This document shows positions 20,301-29,424 of a DNA stretch of 64,000 nt, piece by piece. The translations under genes were made by a program, and so were the position numbers. Position 1 is the stretch's first letter. Each line of letters starts with the position of its first letter. The notes beneath the pieces were generated by a model that saw nothing but the letters and a program-made list of their open reading frames with translations, ran no database searches and was not told where the DNA came from. This DNA comes from Minisyncoccia bacterium (GTDB lineage Bacteria > Patescibacteriota > Minisyncoccia > Moranbacterales > GCA-2747515): contig JBGSQF010000006.1 of NCBI GenBank assembly GCA_041738235.1, positions 18,261 to 82,260 of the forward strand, in the 5' to 3' direction.

Positions 20301-21192
20301 CATTCGCATAATAAATAGCCAACCTTCCACCACCTCCGCCACCCTCCTCAGTTCCTCCAGAAGCACCCCCGTCAACTCTAATATCACCACTGCCGGCAAG
20401 TGTGCCCACAGTAAGATAGATAGATCCTCCTGATCCGCCTCCAGCGTCACCACTTCCATCACTCCCCTTCGAATAAATATTTCCCTCTATAGTAAGTGTT
20501 CCGGAAACATTCAATCTTATGACACCACCACCAGACCCACCAATACCGCTATAAGCCCCTCCGCTCGATCCAATGTCCGTTGGCTGGGCAACAGAACCAT
20601 ACGTGACACCCCCAACCGCTTCAGATGCATTTCCTCCATTACCACCGAAACCAGCACCGGAACCGGTAGAAGACCCCTTTACTCCTTTTCCTGGTCCATT
20701 ACCATTATCGGCACTTGCCCCCGCATACCCCTTTCCCGTCACACTTACTGTTCCACCACTTCTTACCGTCATATCACCTCCCACCTCTAGAAAGAGAGAA
20801 TGGATATGTGTAGTAGTATTGGCTGTATGTGTAAGTATTCCCAACTCTCCGATAATGACATCATTCGTAACAATAAGCTTTTTCGTATCTACATCTCCAT
20901 TCTCGATGGTAAAAGTCGAAGTTGTATTCTCTCCAATTGAAAGCGACTGTATTGTTATGGGTCCACCAGAAAGATCGATCGTCGGTTGATTCGTGCCTCC
21001 GTCTATGACAACGTCATCACCACTTTGGGGAGTGGTTGAAGCACAACTGCTCCAGTTAGAAGAGTTGCTCCAGTCTGTAGAAGAAGATCCTGTCCAAGTA
21101 CAGGTACCTGCATAAACCGGAAGTGCGCCAGAAAAAACCCCAAACACACTGAGGTAAAAAAATATAAAAAGAAAGTTTTGTTTTTTCTGCAT
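17338..21192 (-). CDS. 1284-aa surface protein: signal peptide, two Gly-rich repeats, FN3, PKD/Ig-like domains, TM segments, carboxypeptidase-regulatory-like domains
   Basis: Duplicated GKGY...PTDIGSSGG...GGGSGGS...GGGGGGR...GTI modules; FN3 WQDN...YTYRVRAY; PKD YTYAW. Confidence 0.75.
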   Translation of the reverse strand: MQKKQNFLFIFFYLSVFGVFSGALPVYAGTCTWTGSSSTDWSNSSNWSSCASTTPQSGDDVVIDGGTNQPTIDLSGGPITIQSLSIGENTTSTFTIENGDVDTKKLIVTNDVIIGELGILTHTANTTTHIHSLFLEVGGDMTVRSGGTVSVTGKGYAGASADNGNGPGKGVKGSSTGSGAGFGGNGGNASEAVGGVTYGSVAQPTDIGSSGGAYSGIGGSGGGVIRLNVSGTLTIEGNIYSKGSDGSGDAGGGSGGSIYLTVGTLAGSGDIRVDGGASGGTEEGGGGGGRLAIYYANDDTFNGIRTAFGGAGYQRGGAGTIFIKSNSATYGDLVVGNGAVSGSTTTIVESSVFNHLTVRGSARYVIAHDYTITVKEKLSLLTAASITNNGIYNHYQSTLTISANVTWYENGVNPAIGDVQPIKDIIVLGIMEFQNQDILGPAVSFNSMRVAKGGTLTHQANVVNQTKGINLSLARLVINVGGKIDVSGKGYIGTSTSFGEGNGPGRGFGGGGGGFGGRGGVGDHSSTFGGSSYGSDTQPTDIGSSGGSGDAQLSGSGAGAVKIAVTGPISLGGSIVADGSDGEGDYAGGGSGGSVHLQANLFAGSGSISARGGVGGSHGGGGGGGRIALYYNRSTFTGTKNVDGGNGYQSGDAGTIYRKALSLVDQEQRPTNLRIRRVEKGIRLVWQDNTDLENGYSIQRRQGSDAFKEIATVKKNKILYIDTETLVPGATYTYRVRAYKGSTRSAFSNGRRIIIPEKDSEEENFSVSASSSRERLEKGQEATFQVFPDKSGTYTYAWAVDGVVVSKENSFAYRFPTTGLHVVEASVTSATSVKRTASLNVTVIPKPPTVTSIERKDSTLIVKGMADGPGSLTAYIFSSPFSFTGRADTHWSIEYVMKDKDIEQGVHTIYVTYTDENNMTSEGSETKTFVLKSDEIQKQTQEEVVAKGLRTLGHAVTAVTPEFIDNMGSSAIAAVKEMAKDPESSAETLTLAAVIATLFRSFGSVFSPGLLTARGLTQQMVSAFGIVGFFRRKRSWGTTYDANTGNILSYVTLTLINQQTQKKQVIISDRLGRFGFLVDPGTYTIQAEKEGYTFEKETQNSSIFITNIYRGDPIVVTNKEFIRCNILVRKPDIRRSSSFLGFFNVSVWLNSFFFIVFVVSFFWTMYAVIIDRGNLAYWVLLLFNIALFFVRQFTNKSRQWGEVVSKERFSQKGLVFTTISVFDKNERMLSRTMADEHGRYLIFLEAGVYTVKVSVQNPATGESRDAQDTITMEKGGLLVKKWLV

Positions 21193-21280
21193 TACCCGAA
21201 CTATTAAAAAATTTTACTGAATAAAATTATACCACAAAAAAAAGAATTTCTCTACTAAAATACAGTTCATTAAATATAGT

Positions 21281-21315
21281 AAAAAGACCACCCCTTTAGT
21301 AAGGTGGTCTTTTTT
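21281..21315. terminator. Intrinsic terminator
   Basis: AAAAAGACCACC-cctttagtaa-GGTGGTCTTTTT. Confidence 0.8.
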
Positions 21316-21424
21316 AAAATCTATTTTATGGCCCCACCTCCTGAAACCCATCGGACAAACCTTAAAAACAAGACAATCACCAAAATGATCGATCGCAGTT
21401 TTACAGATCGCCTTGTACAAAAAA

Positions 21425-22675
21425 CTAATTCATCTGATCATCTCGTATAATATCTTTATACACGTGGAAACTCTTTCTCGGTTTCCGTTCGAGTGTTTTT
21501 CGATCTATTTCAACAAGGCCAAATTTTGGCCAGAATCCTTTATCCCATTCAAAGTTGTCCATAAGTGACCAATGGAAATATCCTCGCACATCAACTCCCT
21601 CACTTACCGCCTTTTTTACCGAGGCAATACGTTTTCGCAAGAATTCTCCACGTAGATGATCGTTCGCATCTGCCAAACCGTCTTCCGTCACATACAGTGG
21701 TACACCAACTTTCGCATACTGTTTCAAGATCCCTTTCAATCCTTCAAGATCTACCCCCCATCCCAGATCTGACCGATCTTCCCGCAATTTTACCGATCCA
21801 AACAGACTAACACGAATAGAGAGATAATTCTGCACACCCAAGAAATCATATTTCCCAATAACGCGAGCTAAAAATTGTTCATTCCCCCAATATCTGACAC
21901 AAGCCGAGATCGATCGACTTAAAAAGTATCTCTTTTGGAACTTAAAGGATGTAAGAAACTCTGTGAAACCTACTTGAGCACTTGGATGTATCACTTTCAC
22001 ATCTTGATACGCTCTGGTATGCGCCTTTGCCAGATTTTTATACCCACGTAAAGCCAAAAAAATATTCTTCTTCTGCGGTGGCCACTGTCCCGTTATGTAT
22101 CCATTAGTAATTATACTGTTTGGTTCATTGAAGGTCATAAAGAAAACCACATCCTCCTTCAAAACCTCTACCATCTTCTGAGCATACCGAGAAAACATCT
22201 CAGAGAAATCTTGAGCAAGGATCCCGCCTCTACGTGACAACCAAACAGGCAATGTCCAATGCCAGAGCGTAACAAATGGTTCCAGACCTTTCATGCGAAG
22301 TGCCTTTACCACATCCTTATAATGTCTTAAGGCATCCTCATCGAAAACACCCTCCTCCGGTTCCACTCGCGACCATTCGATAGAAAAACGATGCGCATTA
22401 TGACCACCTTCTCGCACAAGGTCAAAGTCCTCTTCATAGCGATGATAGTGATCGCATGCGATCCCCGAAATATAATTCTTCACATCAAACATCTCAGGAA
22501 ACTTTTTCTGCTGCCAAGGTTCCCATCTTCTCTTCGCCTCATAGACAAGACGATCTGCATTCTCCCGTTCCCATTTAGACCAATCATTTTGTGTATTCCC
22601 CTCTACCTGATGAGCAGAGGTGGCAGCGCCCCAATAAAAAACACTTGGATCTATTTCTGTTTTTGATCGTTCCAT
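21425..22675 (-). CDS. Glycoside hydrolase family 1 (beta-glucosidase/galactosidase)
   Basis: WGAATSAHQVEG, RFSIEWSR, TFNEP acid/base, YVTEDG nucleophile, WSLMDNFEW. Confidence 0.95.
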   Translation of the reverse strand: MERSKTEIDPSVFYWGAATSAHQVEGNTQNDWSKWERENADRLVYEAKRRWEPWQQKKFPEMFDVKNYISGIACDHYHRYEEDFDLVREGGHNAHRFSIEWSRVEPEEGVFDEDALRHYKDVVKALRMKGLEPFVTLWHWTLPVWLSRRGGILAQDFSEMFSRYAQKMVEVLKEDVVFFMTFNEPNSIITNGYITGQWPPQKKNIFLALRGYKNLAKAHTRAYQDVKVIHPSAQVGFTEFLTSFKFQKRYFLSRSISACVRYWGNEQFLARVIGKYDFLGVQNYLSIRVSLFGSVKLREDRSDLGWGVDLEGLKGILKQYAKVGVPLYVTEDGLADANDHLRGEFLRKRIASVKKAVSEGVDVRGYFHWSLMDNFEWDKGFWPKFGLVEIDRKTLERKPRKSFHVYKDIIRDDQMN

Positions 22676-22709
22676 AATCTCTATCTCTTATTCCATCGAG
22701 GCCTGTTAC

Positions 22710-24527
22710 TTAAACCACATTCTCTTCCGTTTGTTTCACATTTGTCACTCTTTTCTGTAATAAAAAAGCTGTGCTTAAGAAGAGCGCTCCAACCACAAAA
22801 AACGTAATGATCTTTTCAACAGAGCTCATAGTCCAAAACTCGACCAAGAAAAGACGTGCAAGCACGATGATAAACAAAGCCATTCCTATTCTTTGCATAG
22901 ATGGGCGTCCCCACAGAATGCCTGACACATGAAAATACAATCCGACGCCCGTAAACAGAATGAGCGCAATCATGCTTGCCACATAGTATCCGGTGACCAC
23001 CTCATGAAGAAAGAACCAAACAAACAGGAGACTATACGCTACAAACAATACTTTTGAAAATGCCACAATGGAAAATTCTCCGTTCTCCCGCTTGGGCACA
23101 AGATAATACCCCGCGAAAAGAACCGCTCCATAGACCATGGCTAGGACTCCCAGAACAAAAAGATGTTCTACCGCAAAAGTAGAAACATTCAACGCTAGTC
23201 TTTCTAATTTATCATACCTCTCAAAAGAGAGCAGTTTCTCGATATTTCCAAATGACAGTATCGTAGGCCAGAGCATAAGGAGTGTTAGAACCTTTCCCGC
23301 CTGAAATCCTCGCTCACGGAACAAAATAAATGAGGCGATTGCCAATCCTCCGATCTCTACAGCAAGAAGTGTTGTCAATAAAGATCCATCCAACATTTTT
23401 GCCGTCGCCGCAAAAAGAAAACCTGCAGAGACAGCAGCATACATAAGTATAGGTTCTCGCATGCGAAGAAATAAGAAAAAGACGTAAGCACTTAAAGCAA
23501 ATACAAGGGCCGCTATAGTAAACACCAGACCAATGAATTCAGCATCAACAGTCATTACGACCCACGAAAAAAAAGTAAATCCCACCAATGCAGCAAGCCC
23601 TAGATCATACTCTTTGGCCGATCGAGTGACCGCCATAACGCCAACATTCGCAAAATAGAAAAGACAGGTGAAACAGAGCATTATAAAGAAATTTAGGAAT
23701 GTCCGTTCAATATCACCGGCTATAAAAGAAAGAATGGTGTAAAAGAAAACCCCGATCAAGGCCGTAAGCGTTGTCGCACGCCACCCCAATATCACATCCA
23801 AAACAATAACCCCGAAAGAAAGGACAAAAAGATACCCTGCCAGAATATTGATCTCCACATGTCCCCACACAAAAAGCGGTGCCACAAAACCATATATGAG
23901 CGTCGCAAAAGAAAGCGACCGCGATGCACGAAAACCACTCAGAACCATCATATACGCCGTTACAACTCCCATAAAGAAAAGTCCCACAATAGGGGTATAG
24001 AAATTATACAACGTCATACCAGCAAATACCGAAACATAGATTGAAGCAACTCCACCAGTAAGGAGTGCGATCCCCTGAATAGATGATCGAGCAAACCTCC
24101 ATGTTCCCATACCAAGAAGGATTCCCCCAAAGATCACCCCCAACAAAACCCGTCCGATCGGACCAATCCAATCATGAGAGAATGCATAAGTAACAAACCA
24201 TCCAAGAGATAGAACCAGGAGAAGCACTCCTACTTTAACTAACCAATTCTCTCCCAAAAAGTCGGTCTTACTCTCAAACATAGTACGCAAAGACACAAGT
24301 GGATCCAATGGTTGCTGAGAACTTTTCGAGACTTTCGCATCAGAAACAAACGACCCGTTTAACCCCTGTGTGTTCACAACTGCCCCCTGATCTTTTGTCT
24401 GAACAGGTGTCGAAATAAGAGACTCCCCTGAGGAAGACTTTTGTCTGAGCACTTTCTCGATATTTTCTATGCGCCGATAGCAGTCGATTATAAAAAATAC
24501 TAGCAATAAAAATACTATCGTGCTCAT
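22710..24527 (-). CDS. DUF2339-like multi-pass membrane protein
   Basis: ENWLVKVGVLLLVLSLGWFVTYAF...WIGPIGRV motif and many TM helices. Confidence 0.8.
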   Translation of the reverse strand: MSTIVFLLLVFFIIDCYRRIENIEKVLRQKSSSGESLISTPVQTKDQGAVVNTQGLNGSFVSDAKVSKSSQQPLDPLVSLRTMFESKTDFLGENWLVKVGVLLLVLSLGWFVTYAFSHDWIGPIGRVLLGVIFGGILLGMGTWRFARSSIQGIALLTGGVASIYVSVFAGMTLYNFYTPIVGLFFMGVVTAYMMVLSGFRASRSLSFATLIYGFVAPLFVWGHVEINILAGYLFVLSFGVIVLDVILGWRATTLTALIGVFFYTILSFIAGDIERTFLNFFIMLCFTCLFYFANVGVMAVTRSAKEYDLGLAALVGFTFFSWVVMTVDAEFIGLVFTIAALVFALSAYVFFLFLRMREPILMYAAVSAGFLFAATAKMLDGSLLTTLLAVEIGGLAIASFILFRERGFQAGKVLTLLMLWPTILSFGNIEKLLSFERYDKLERLALNVSTFAVEHLFVLGVLAMVYGAVLFAGYYLVPKRENGEFSIVAFSKVLFVAYSLLFVWFFLHEVVTGYYVASMIALILFTGVGLYFHVSGILWGRPSMQRIGMALFIIVLARLFLVEFWTMSSVEKIITFFVVGALFLSTAFLLQKRVTNVKQTEENVV

Positions 24528-24576
24528 ACAAAATGTTGTTATTTGAGTTTTTATTTAATATGGAAATGCGGAAAAC

Positions 24577-24855
24577 TTAACGCATTGTTTGGATCTTTTT
24601 TCGAAGATCTTTGTGCTCCTCCTCCTTCAAGCGCAGATCTTCTTCTGCTTTTCTTAACTTTCTTTCTAACTCCTCCTTCTCAGCATGTATGTCACGTTCC
24701 TTCTTGTCCACCATCCGCAACGCCATCCCAGCGTCGTCAACAGCTCTTTTAAGAGCAATAATATCAGATTGGAGTATCATCTCATCCCGCTCCATCTCAA
24801 TCTTCCGAATACGATCTTCTTGTTCGTCACCACTAGATCCTGTGTTGTAAGTCAT
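24577..24855 (-). CDS. Small charged coiled-coil protein
   Basis: 92-aa E/K/R-rich ORF, co-oriented, fills the intergenic gap. Confidence 0.65.
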   Translation of the reverse strand: MTYNTGSSGDEQEDRIRKIEMERDEMILQSDIIALKRAVDDAGMALRMVDKKERDIHAEKEELERKLRKAEEDLRLKEEEHKDLRKKIQTMR

Positions 24856-24899
24856 AGAGTAAAAATTAAAACGCTCTTTAAAATAACAAGAGACACGCC

Positions 24900-26810
24900 T
24901 CAGCTATCAGACTCTTCCCTTGAGGCCTTTTGTAACAGTGTCTTAACTGCATTGATATCGGGTTCTGAGCGCTTTCTCAGAGGTTTGAATCTCTTAGGGG
25001 CCACATGATGCATCTGGGAAAGACGCATAGGTTCATCACGCGTTATATATGCCACAGGCTCTACATTTTGCTCAAGTTTTACTGTTTCCTCACGAGATGA
25101 TTTTGCAATAACAACGTTCTCCACCGTTGTTTTGACCACACTCGATCCAGATGCAACTTGAGTCTTCGCCATCGTCCGCTGGTATTCCTTGAGACACTCT
25201 TTGCAAAAAGTTGGGCGACGCCCATCTGGCACGAATGGAAGTTGTATCTTCAGCCCACAAGTGTCACAAAATGCATCGTACAAAACCCTCTCCGACGTAC
25301 GTCCTTCTTTTTTTACCTCTTCTTTTGGTAGAGAAACGGATGTCGATGCCACAACATTTTTCGTTCCTCCAGGCACGTCTTTTTTGACCAACTTCCGTGG
25401 TTGAGCAATAGAACTCGAAATTCTTTCAACAGAAGCAACTTCTCGCCTCCTTGGCGACAAAGGGTTCTTATGATCAGCCAAAGAAGCTTCCCTGCTGGGT
25501 TCTTGGACTGTCTGTACTGGCGGAGCAAATACACCACTCCATTCTCTGATTCCCTCTTCTACATCTTCTTTTGAGTAAGAATAAGATTCACGAGAACTGC
25601 CTATAACATCCTCAGAAACATCCTGTACATTCTCTGTCTCGATCGGAGGCAAGGTTGTCGCACTAAAAGCATCTCCAGCAATACCATCAATCATGAGCTT
25701 TAGATAAATGTGGTACTTTGGCAGATTGACCACATCATTCATCATGAAAACCGGCTCGAATTCTTTCTCCAAAAATTCAGCATCCATGGCTCCAACACGA
25801 AACGCGATGAGCGTCCCTGCATTTCCAAAAATAGCATCCCGCACGATCTCATCGATCTGGGTCACATATTGATTTGCAAGAATAAGGTTCAGACGATACT
25901 TTCTCGCCTCAGAAAGAATGTTGGCAAATGATTCCGTGGCAAAGTTTTGAAACTCATCTACATAGAGGTAAAAATCATTTCGAACATTTTCAGGAATATC
26001 CACTCGAGCCATTGCCGCCATCTGTATCTTCGTGATCATCATAGCTCCTAAAAGAGCACTGTTATCTTCTCCGATCCGTCCCTTTGCAAGATTGAGTATC
26101 AAGATCTTTCTGTTATCCATCGCTTCACGGATATTAAAAGACGATTTTGTTTGTCCTACAATATTACGGATCAAGGAGGTAGAAAGGAATTGTCCTACCT
26201 TGTTCTGGATAGGCGAGATCACTTCCTGCAACACTCGGTCATTCCACTTTGAAAATTCATCTACCCAAAACGACTTAACAACGGGATCGGTAACGCAATT
26301 GACCACCTGTGCACGATATTTTTTATCCACCAAAATGCGCATGACTCCCAATAAGGTACTTCCTGGATATTCCAGCAAAGCAAGGATGGCATTGCGTAAA
26401 ATATATTCAAGTCGCGGTCCCCATGACTCAGCCCACAGTTTTTTAAATACTCCTATCAGTCCAGATGCTACCAAATGCCGATATTCCGGGGCTACCTGCT
26501 CCATCACATTGAAAGCGATCGGAAACGCCTGGTCTGCAGGATTAAAATAGATCACATCTTTTATTCGATCCGGTGGGATCATTCGTATAAGTTTCTCAGC
26601 CGTATCTCCGTGCGGGTCAACATATGCCACACCGTGTCCATTTTGAATATCCTGCAAAACCAAATGTTCCAAAAGATTGGTCTTTCCCATTCCAGTCTTT
26701 CCAATGATGTACATATGTCGCCTTCGATCATCCGTCTTGATACCAAAAATAGCCTCCTGTCCACGGAAGTTTGTTTTGGCAAAATACGTTATATCATGAG
26801 ATTGAGGCAT
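24900..26810 (-). CDS. VirD4/TraD/HerA-like P-loop ATPase with a C-terminal CxxC-x17-CxxC domain
   Basis: RRRHMYIIGKTGMGKT, VDPHGD, LYVDEFQNF, SEARKY; CDTCG...PDGRRPTFCKEC. Confidence 0.88.
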   Translation of the reverse strand: MPQSHDITYFAKTNFRGQEAIFGIKTDDRRRHMYIIGKTGMGKTNLLEHLVLQDIQNGHGVAYVDPHGDTAEKLIRMIPPDRIKDVIYFNPADQAFPIAFNVMEQVAPEYRHLVASGLIGVFKKLWAESWGPRLEYILRNAILALLEYPGSTLLGVMRILVDKKYRAQVVNCVTDPVVKSFWVDEFSKWNDRVLQEVISPIQNKVGQFLSTSLIRNIVGQTKSSFNIREAMDNRKILILNLAKGRIGEDNSALLGAMMITKIQMAAMARVDIPENVRNDFYLYVDEFQNFATESFANILSEARKYRLNLILANQYVTQIDEIVRDAIFGNAGTLIAFRVGAMDAEFLEKEFEPVFMMNDVVNLPKYHIYLKLMIDGIAGDAFSATTLPPIETENVQDVSEDVIGSSRESYSYSKEDVEEGIREWSGVFAPPVQTVQEPSREASLADHKNPLSPRRREVASVERISSSIAQPRKLVKKDVPGGTKNVVASTSVSLPKEEVKKEGRTSERVLYDAFCDTCGLKIQLPFVPDGRRPTFCKECLKEYQRTMAKTQVASGSSVVKTTVENVVIAKSSREETVKLEQNVEPVAYITRDEPMRLSQMHHVAPKRFKPLRKRSEPDINAVKTLLQKASREESDS

Positions 26811-26849
26811 AGGCGTTTAGAAATATTTGAGATATTCAAATAAAAACCA

Positions 26850-28133
26850 CTATACGGGCAAATTTGCCGGAGCGCTACTTTTCTTAGCATCCACTCGTCT
26901 CAAATACGGAGACTGTACCACCATATCAGGCATATGAAAAACCGATGCAAGTTCCTTGGTACTTAAAATGAATGTTTTACCATCCGTATCCCGATCCTTA
27001 TATCGTCGAAAGATCTTCCGTTGTCGATACCGAAGACGCGTTTCCCGAGCAAAAAAGTTAGCAAATGTCTTTGATGTATTGTCTGGTTTAAAACTATTCA
27101 AGTTCATATCGGCAAATTGCTTGATACCTCCGATAAAAGACGAAACCACAGATTTATTAAACTGCTCTCTTCGCCCCAAATACACAAACCTCATTTTTGT
27201 TTTAAAGACATTTCTTCCGACATTCGCTTCCAAGGCCTCCAAGGCCTTCCTCTCTCCAGGAGTAAGCCTAAGATCAAGGGGATCCTCTCCCGCCTTCTCC
27301 TCCCCCTTCTTGGCCCACACCGGCTGTTGAAATAATGCTGGAATAATATTTTTTGCAAATTCCCCTACTCCACCAACTACACCTTCAATAACACTCACCT
27401 TCTTGACCTTTTTCTTTCGACCTGCAAGTTCTTCCACTAGTTCATGCCCCTCTTTGCTCCACGATTCATTCAAAGGAACAATCACGATCTGAAACCAAGT
27501 CTTTTGATCCATCCCCACTTTTCCAAGCGCTTCAATGAGTCCTGCCATAGGATCGATCATCTTTCCTGTAATATCCTCCTCAAAAAAATCATACGTCTTA
27601 ATTGGAAGCGGGTCTGGTCCCACAAGCTGCATATCGGTTCCCCATAGATCCCATTCTTTATTTGGCATCACACCGGGAACATCATAGATATAATCCTCTA
27701 CTTCTCGGATCTCTACGTCGGGATATTGAGCATACAAATGTGACTCGACAAGATTTCTATATGGCTTCGGCGTTCGAATATAAAGATGCACCACCCCCGA
27801 TTCACCCATCATTTCTAAACTAAATTTAGTGGTAAATTTCCCATCTATAAATTCTTCCAATACGTTGAATGTGGAAAGAATACCCGCCATTGCCGAGTAA
27901 AGAGACTCCATGATCTTTGGACTTTTTTCGAGATTTTGAGGAGGAAATATCTCAAGAAGAACATATTCTATCGTACCAGCATATTTTATCTGGATGTGGT
28001 CTACCCACAGCAGCAAAAATATCGGGTAGAACATGATCGGCAAAACAACATACCATACCAACGAGAAAAAGCGCCATGCCGAGGCGATATCCGCTCCCAT
28101 CCCTTGGAATGTTCCTAGGAGGAGTTCCATCAT
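26850..28133 (-). CDS. Membrane-anchored hypothetical partner of the VirD4-like ATPase
   Basis: N-terminal TM; LYAQYPDVEI.EVEDY and ILSTKELASVFHMP motifs resemble the proteins that precede or fuse to CPR coupling-like ATPases. Confidence 0.7.
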   Translation of the reverse strand: MMELLLGTFQGMGADIASAWRFFSLVWYVVLPIMFYPIFLLLWVDHIQIKYAGTIEYVLLEIFPPQNLEKSPKIMESLYSAMAGILSTFNVLEEFIDGKFTTKFSLEMMGESGVVHLYIRTPKPYRNLVESHLYAQYPDVEIREVEDYIYDVPGVMPNKEWDLWGTDMQLVGPDPLPIKTYDFFEEDITGKMIDPMAGLIEALGKVGMDQKTWFQIVIVPLNESWSKEGHELVEELAGRKKKVKKVSVIEGVVGGVGEFAKNIIPALFQQPVWAKKGEEKAGEDPLDLRLTPGERKALEALEANVGRNVFKTKMRFVYLGRREQFNKSVVSSFIGGIKQFADMNLNSFKPDNTSKTFANFFARETRLRYRQRKIFRRYKDRDTDGKTFILSTKELASVFHMPDMVVQSPYLRRVDAKKSSAPANLPV

Positions 28134-28195
28134 TCTTATTTTATTTTTAAAATAATGATTCGATCATCATCCTTATGAATATGCCGTCGATCGAC

Positions 28196-29263
28196 CTACA
28201 AGGCTGAATTCGAATCTTTGTCAGGCAACGCATATGTATCCCTTCCAACCTTCCTAAAATGCATATTAAGATTGATAAGAATAGTGGTTGCTTTCACCTC
28301 TTTTTCTCTCAAAACCGAAGCATAGATCTCTTTTCGACTCATAGACTTTTTAGAAGCACGCAATACTTTCTCTATAGCATCACGAACCGTACCTCCTTCA
28401 TGTCCCCATTCACGCAAACCATAAACACCCCTACCTACCAAGGAAAAGATGGGATCCTTGATCAATTCGTTATGTGCCGTTTGCGGATTAGTTGGTTTAC
28501 GTCTCCCAAGACCATGTTCATCAATGTGGCGAGCGATGTCTCGGAAATGTAATGGCTTCTTTCCATATTTTAGCACAAGATATGCTTTATCGCGAGTACT
28601 CTTTGGATTCACCTCAGGCCAGTGTACCAATCCCCAATGACCGAAGGGATTTACTGCCAATTTTGCACTCGTTTGAAGATAAGATTCGAAGTGTGGTTTT
28701 TCCAAGGCATCGGGACGGATCGAGCGAAGAGCATCATACACTTCATCAAAAACGAAAGGACGTCCTTCTTTTTCAAATATAGCATGGATGACATTCAATA
28801 TCTGATCATACATTTCCATGTCAAAGTCCGACAAAAGCACCGATGGTCTAAACCGAGGATCTCGCTCAAGCACAGCGAATCGATCGGAGTAATCCAAAAA
28901 GAGATCTATTGCGCCCCTCTCAGCAAGGTCCTCCCCTGAAATAGTCTGATAAAGGTCCTGTTTTGCAGCGATCCCCCCTCGACTACGAAGAATGGACTCT
29001 AATGTCTCTATAGCAGCCTGAACCTCTTCCTTGCTTCGTGACCCAAAATCACGAAGAACTTGTTGGATGATCTGACGAATACGTTCACGAGTGATCCCAT
29101 ATCGCTCTCCGATAGATTCCAACGTCATCGGTTTTCCTTTTCCATAAATATCAAAACGACTTTTCACAATATCTTGTGTTCGTTTCGGAAAATTCTCCAA
29201 CTCCCTTTCCACGATTTCTCGAAAAGAAAATGGGCTTCTTCTGTTTAAAGCATCAAAAGACAT
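28196..29263 (-). CDS. Sigma70 region-4 HTH fused to HARE-HTH (RNAP delta-like) domains
   Basis: MTLESIGERYGITRERIRQI; KAYLVLKYGKKPLHFRDIA...HNELIKD..FSLVGRGVYGLREW. Confidence 0.8.
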   Translation of the reverse strand: MSFDALNRRSPFSFREIVERELENFPKRTQDIVKSRFDIYGKGKPMTLESIGERYGITRERIRQIIQQVLRDFGSRSKEEVQAAIETLESILRSRGGIAAKQDLYQTISGEDLAERGAIDLFLDYSDRFAVLERDPRFRPSVLLSDFDMEMYDQILNVIHAIFEKEGRPFVFDEVYDALRSIRPDALEKPHFESYLQTSAKLAVNPFGHWGLVHWPEVNPKSTRDKAYLVLKYGKKPLHFRDIARHIDEHGLGRRKPTNPQTAHNELIKDPIFSLVGRGVYGLREWGHEGGTVRDAIEKVLRASKKSMSRKEIYASVLREKEVKATTILINLNMHFRKVGRDTYALPDKDSNSAL

Positions 29264-29300
29264 ATTTTTATCAGTAATACCAAAAATAAGATTTCAACCA

Positions 29301-29329
29301 ATACTAACACCGATAAGCATTTTTGTCAA
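29301..29329 (-). promoter_or_regulatory. Sigma70 promoter
   Basis: TTGACA-17 bp-TAGTAT. Confidence 0.6.
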
Positions 29330-29424
29330 TAGCTAATTACGCTCACGGTCGTTACCGAAAAAAAAGACCAAAAAAAGAAGTTTATCCCTTATTTTTGGCC
29401 TTATAATAGCACACTCAGAAATGC

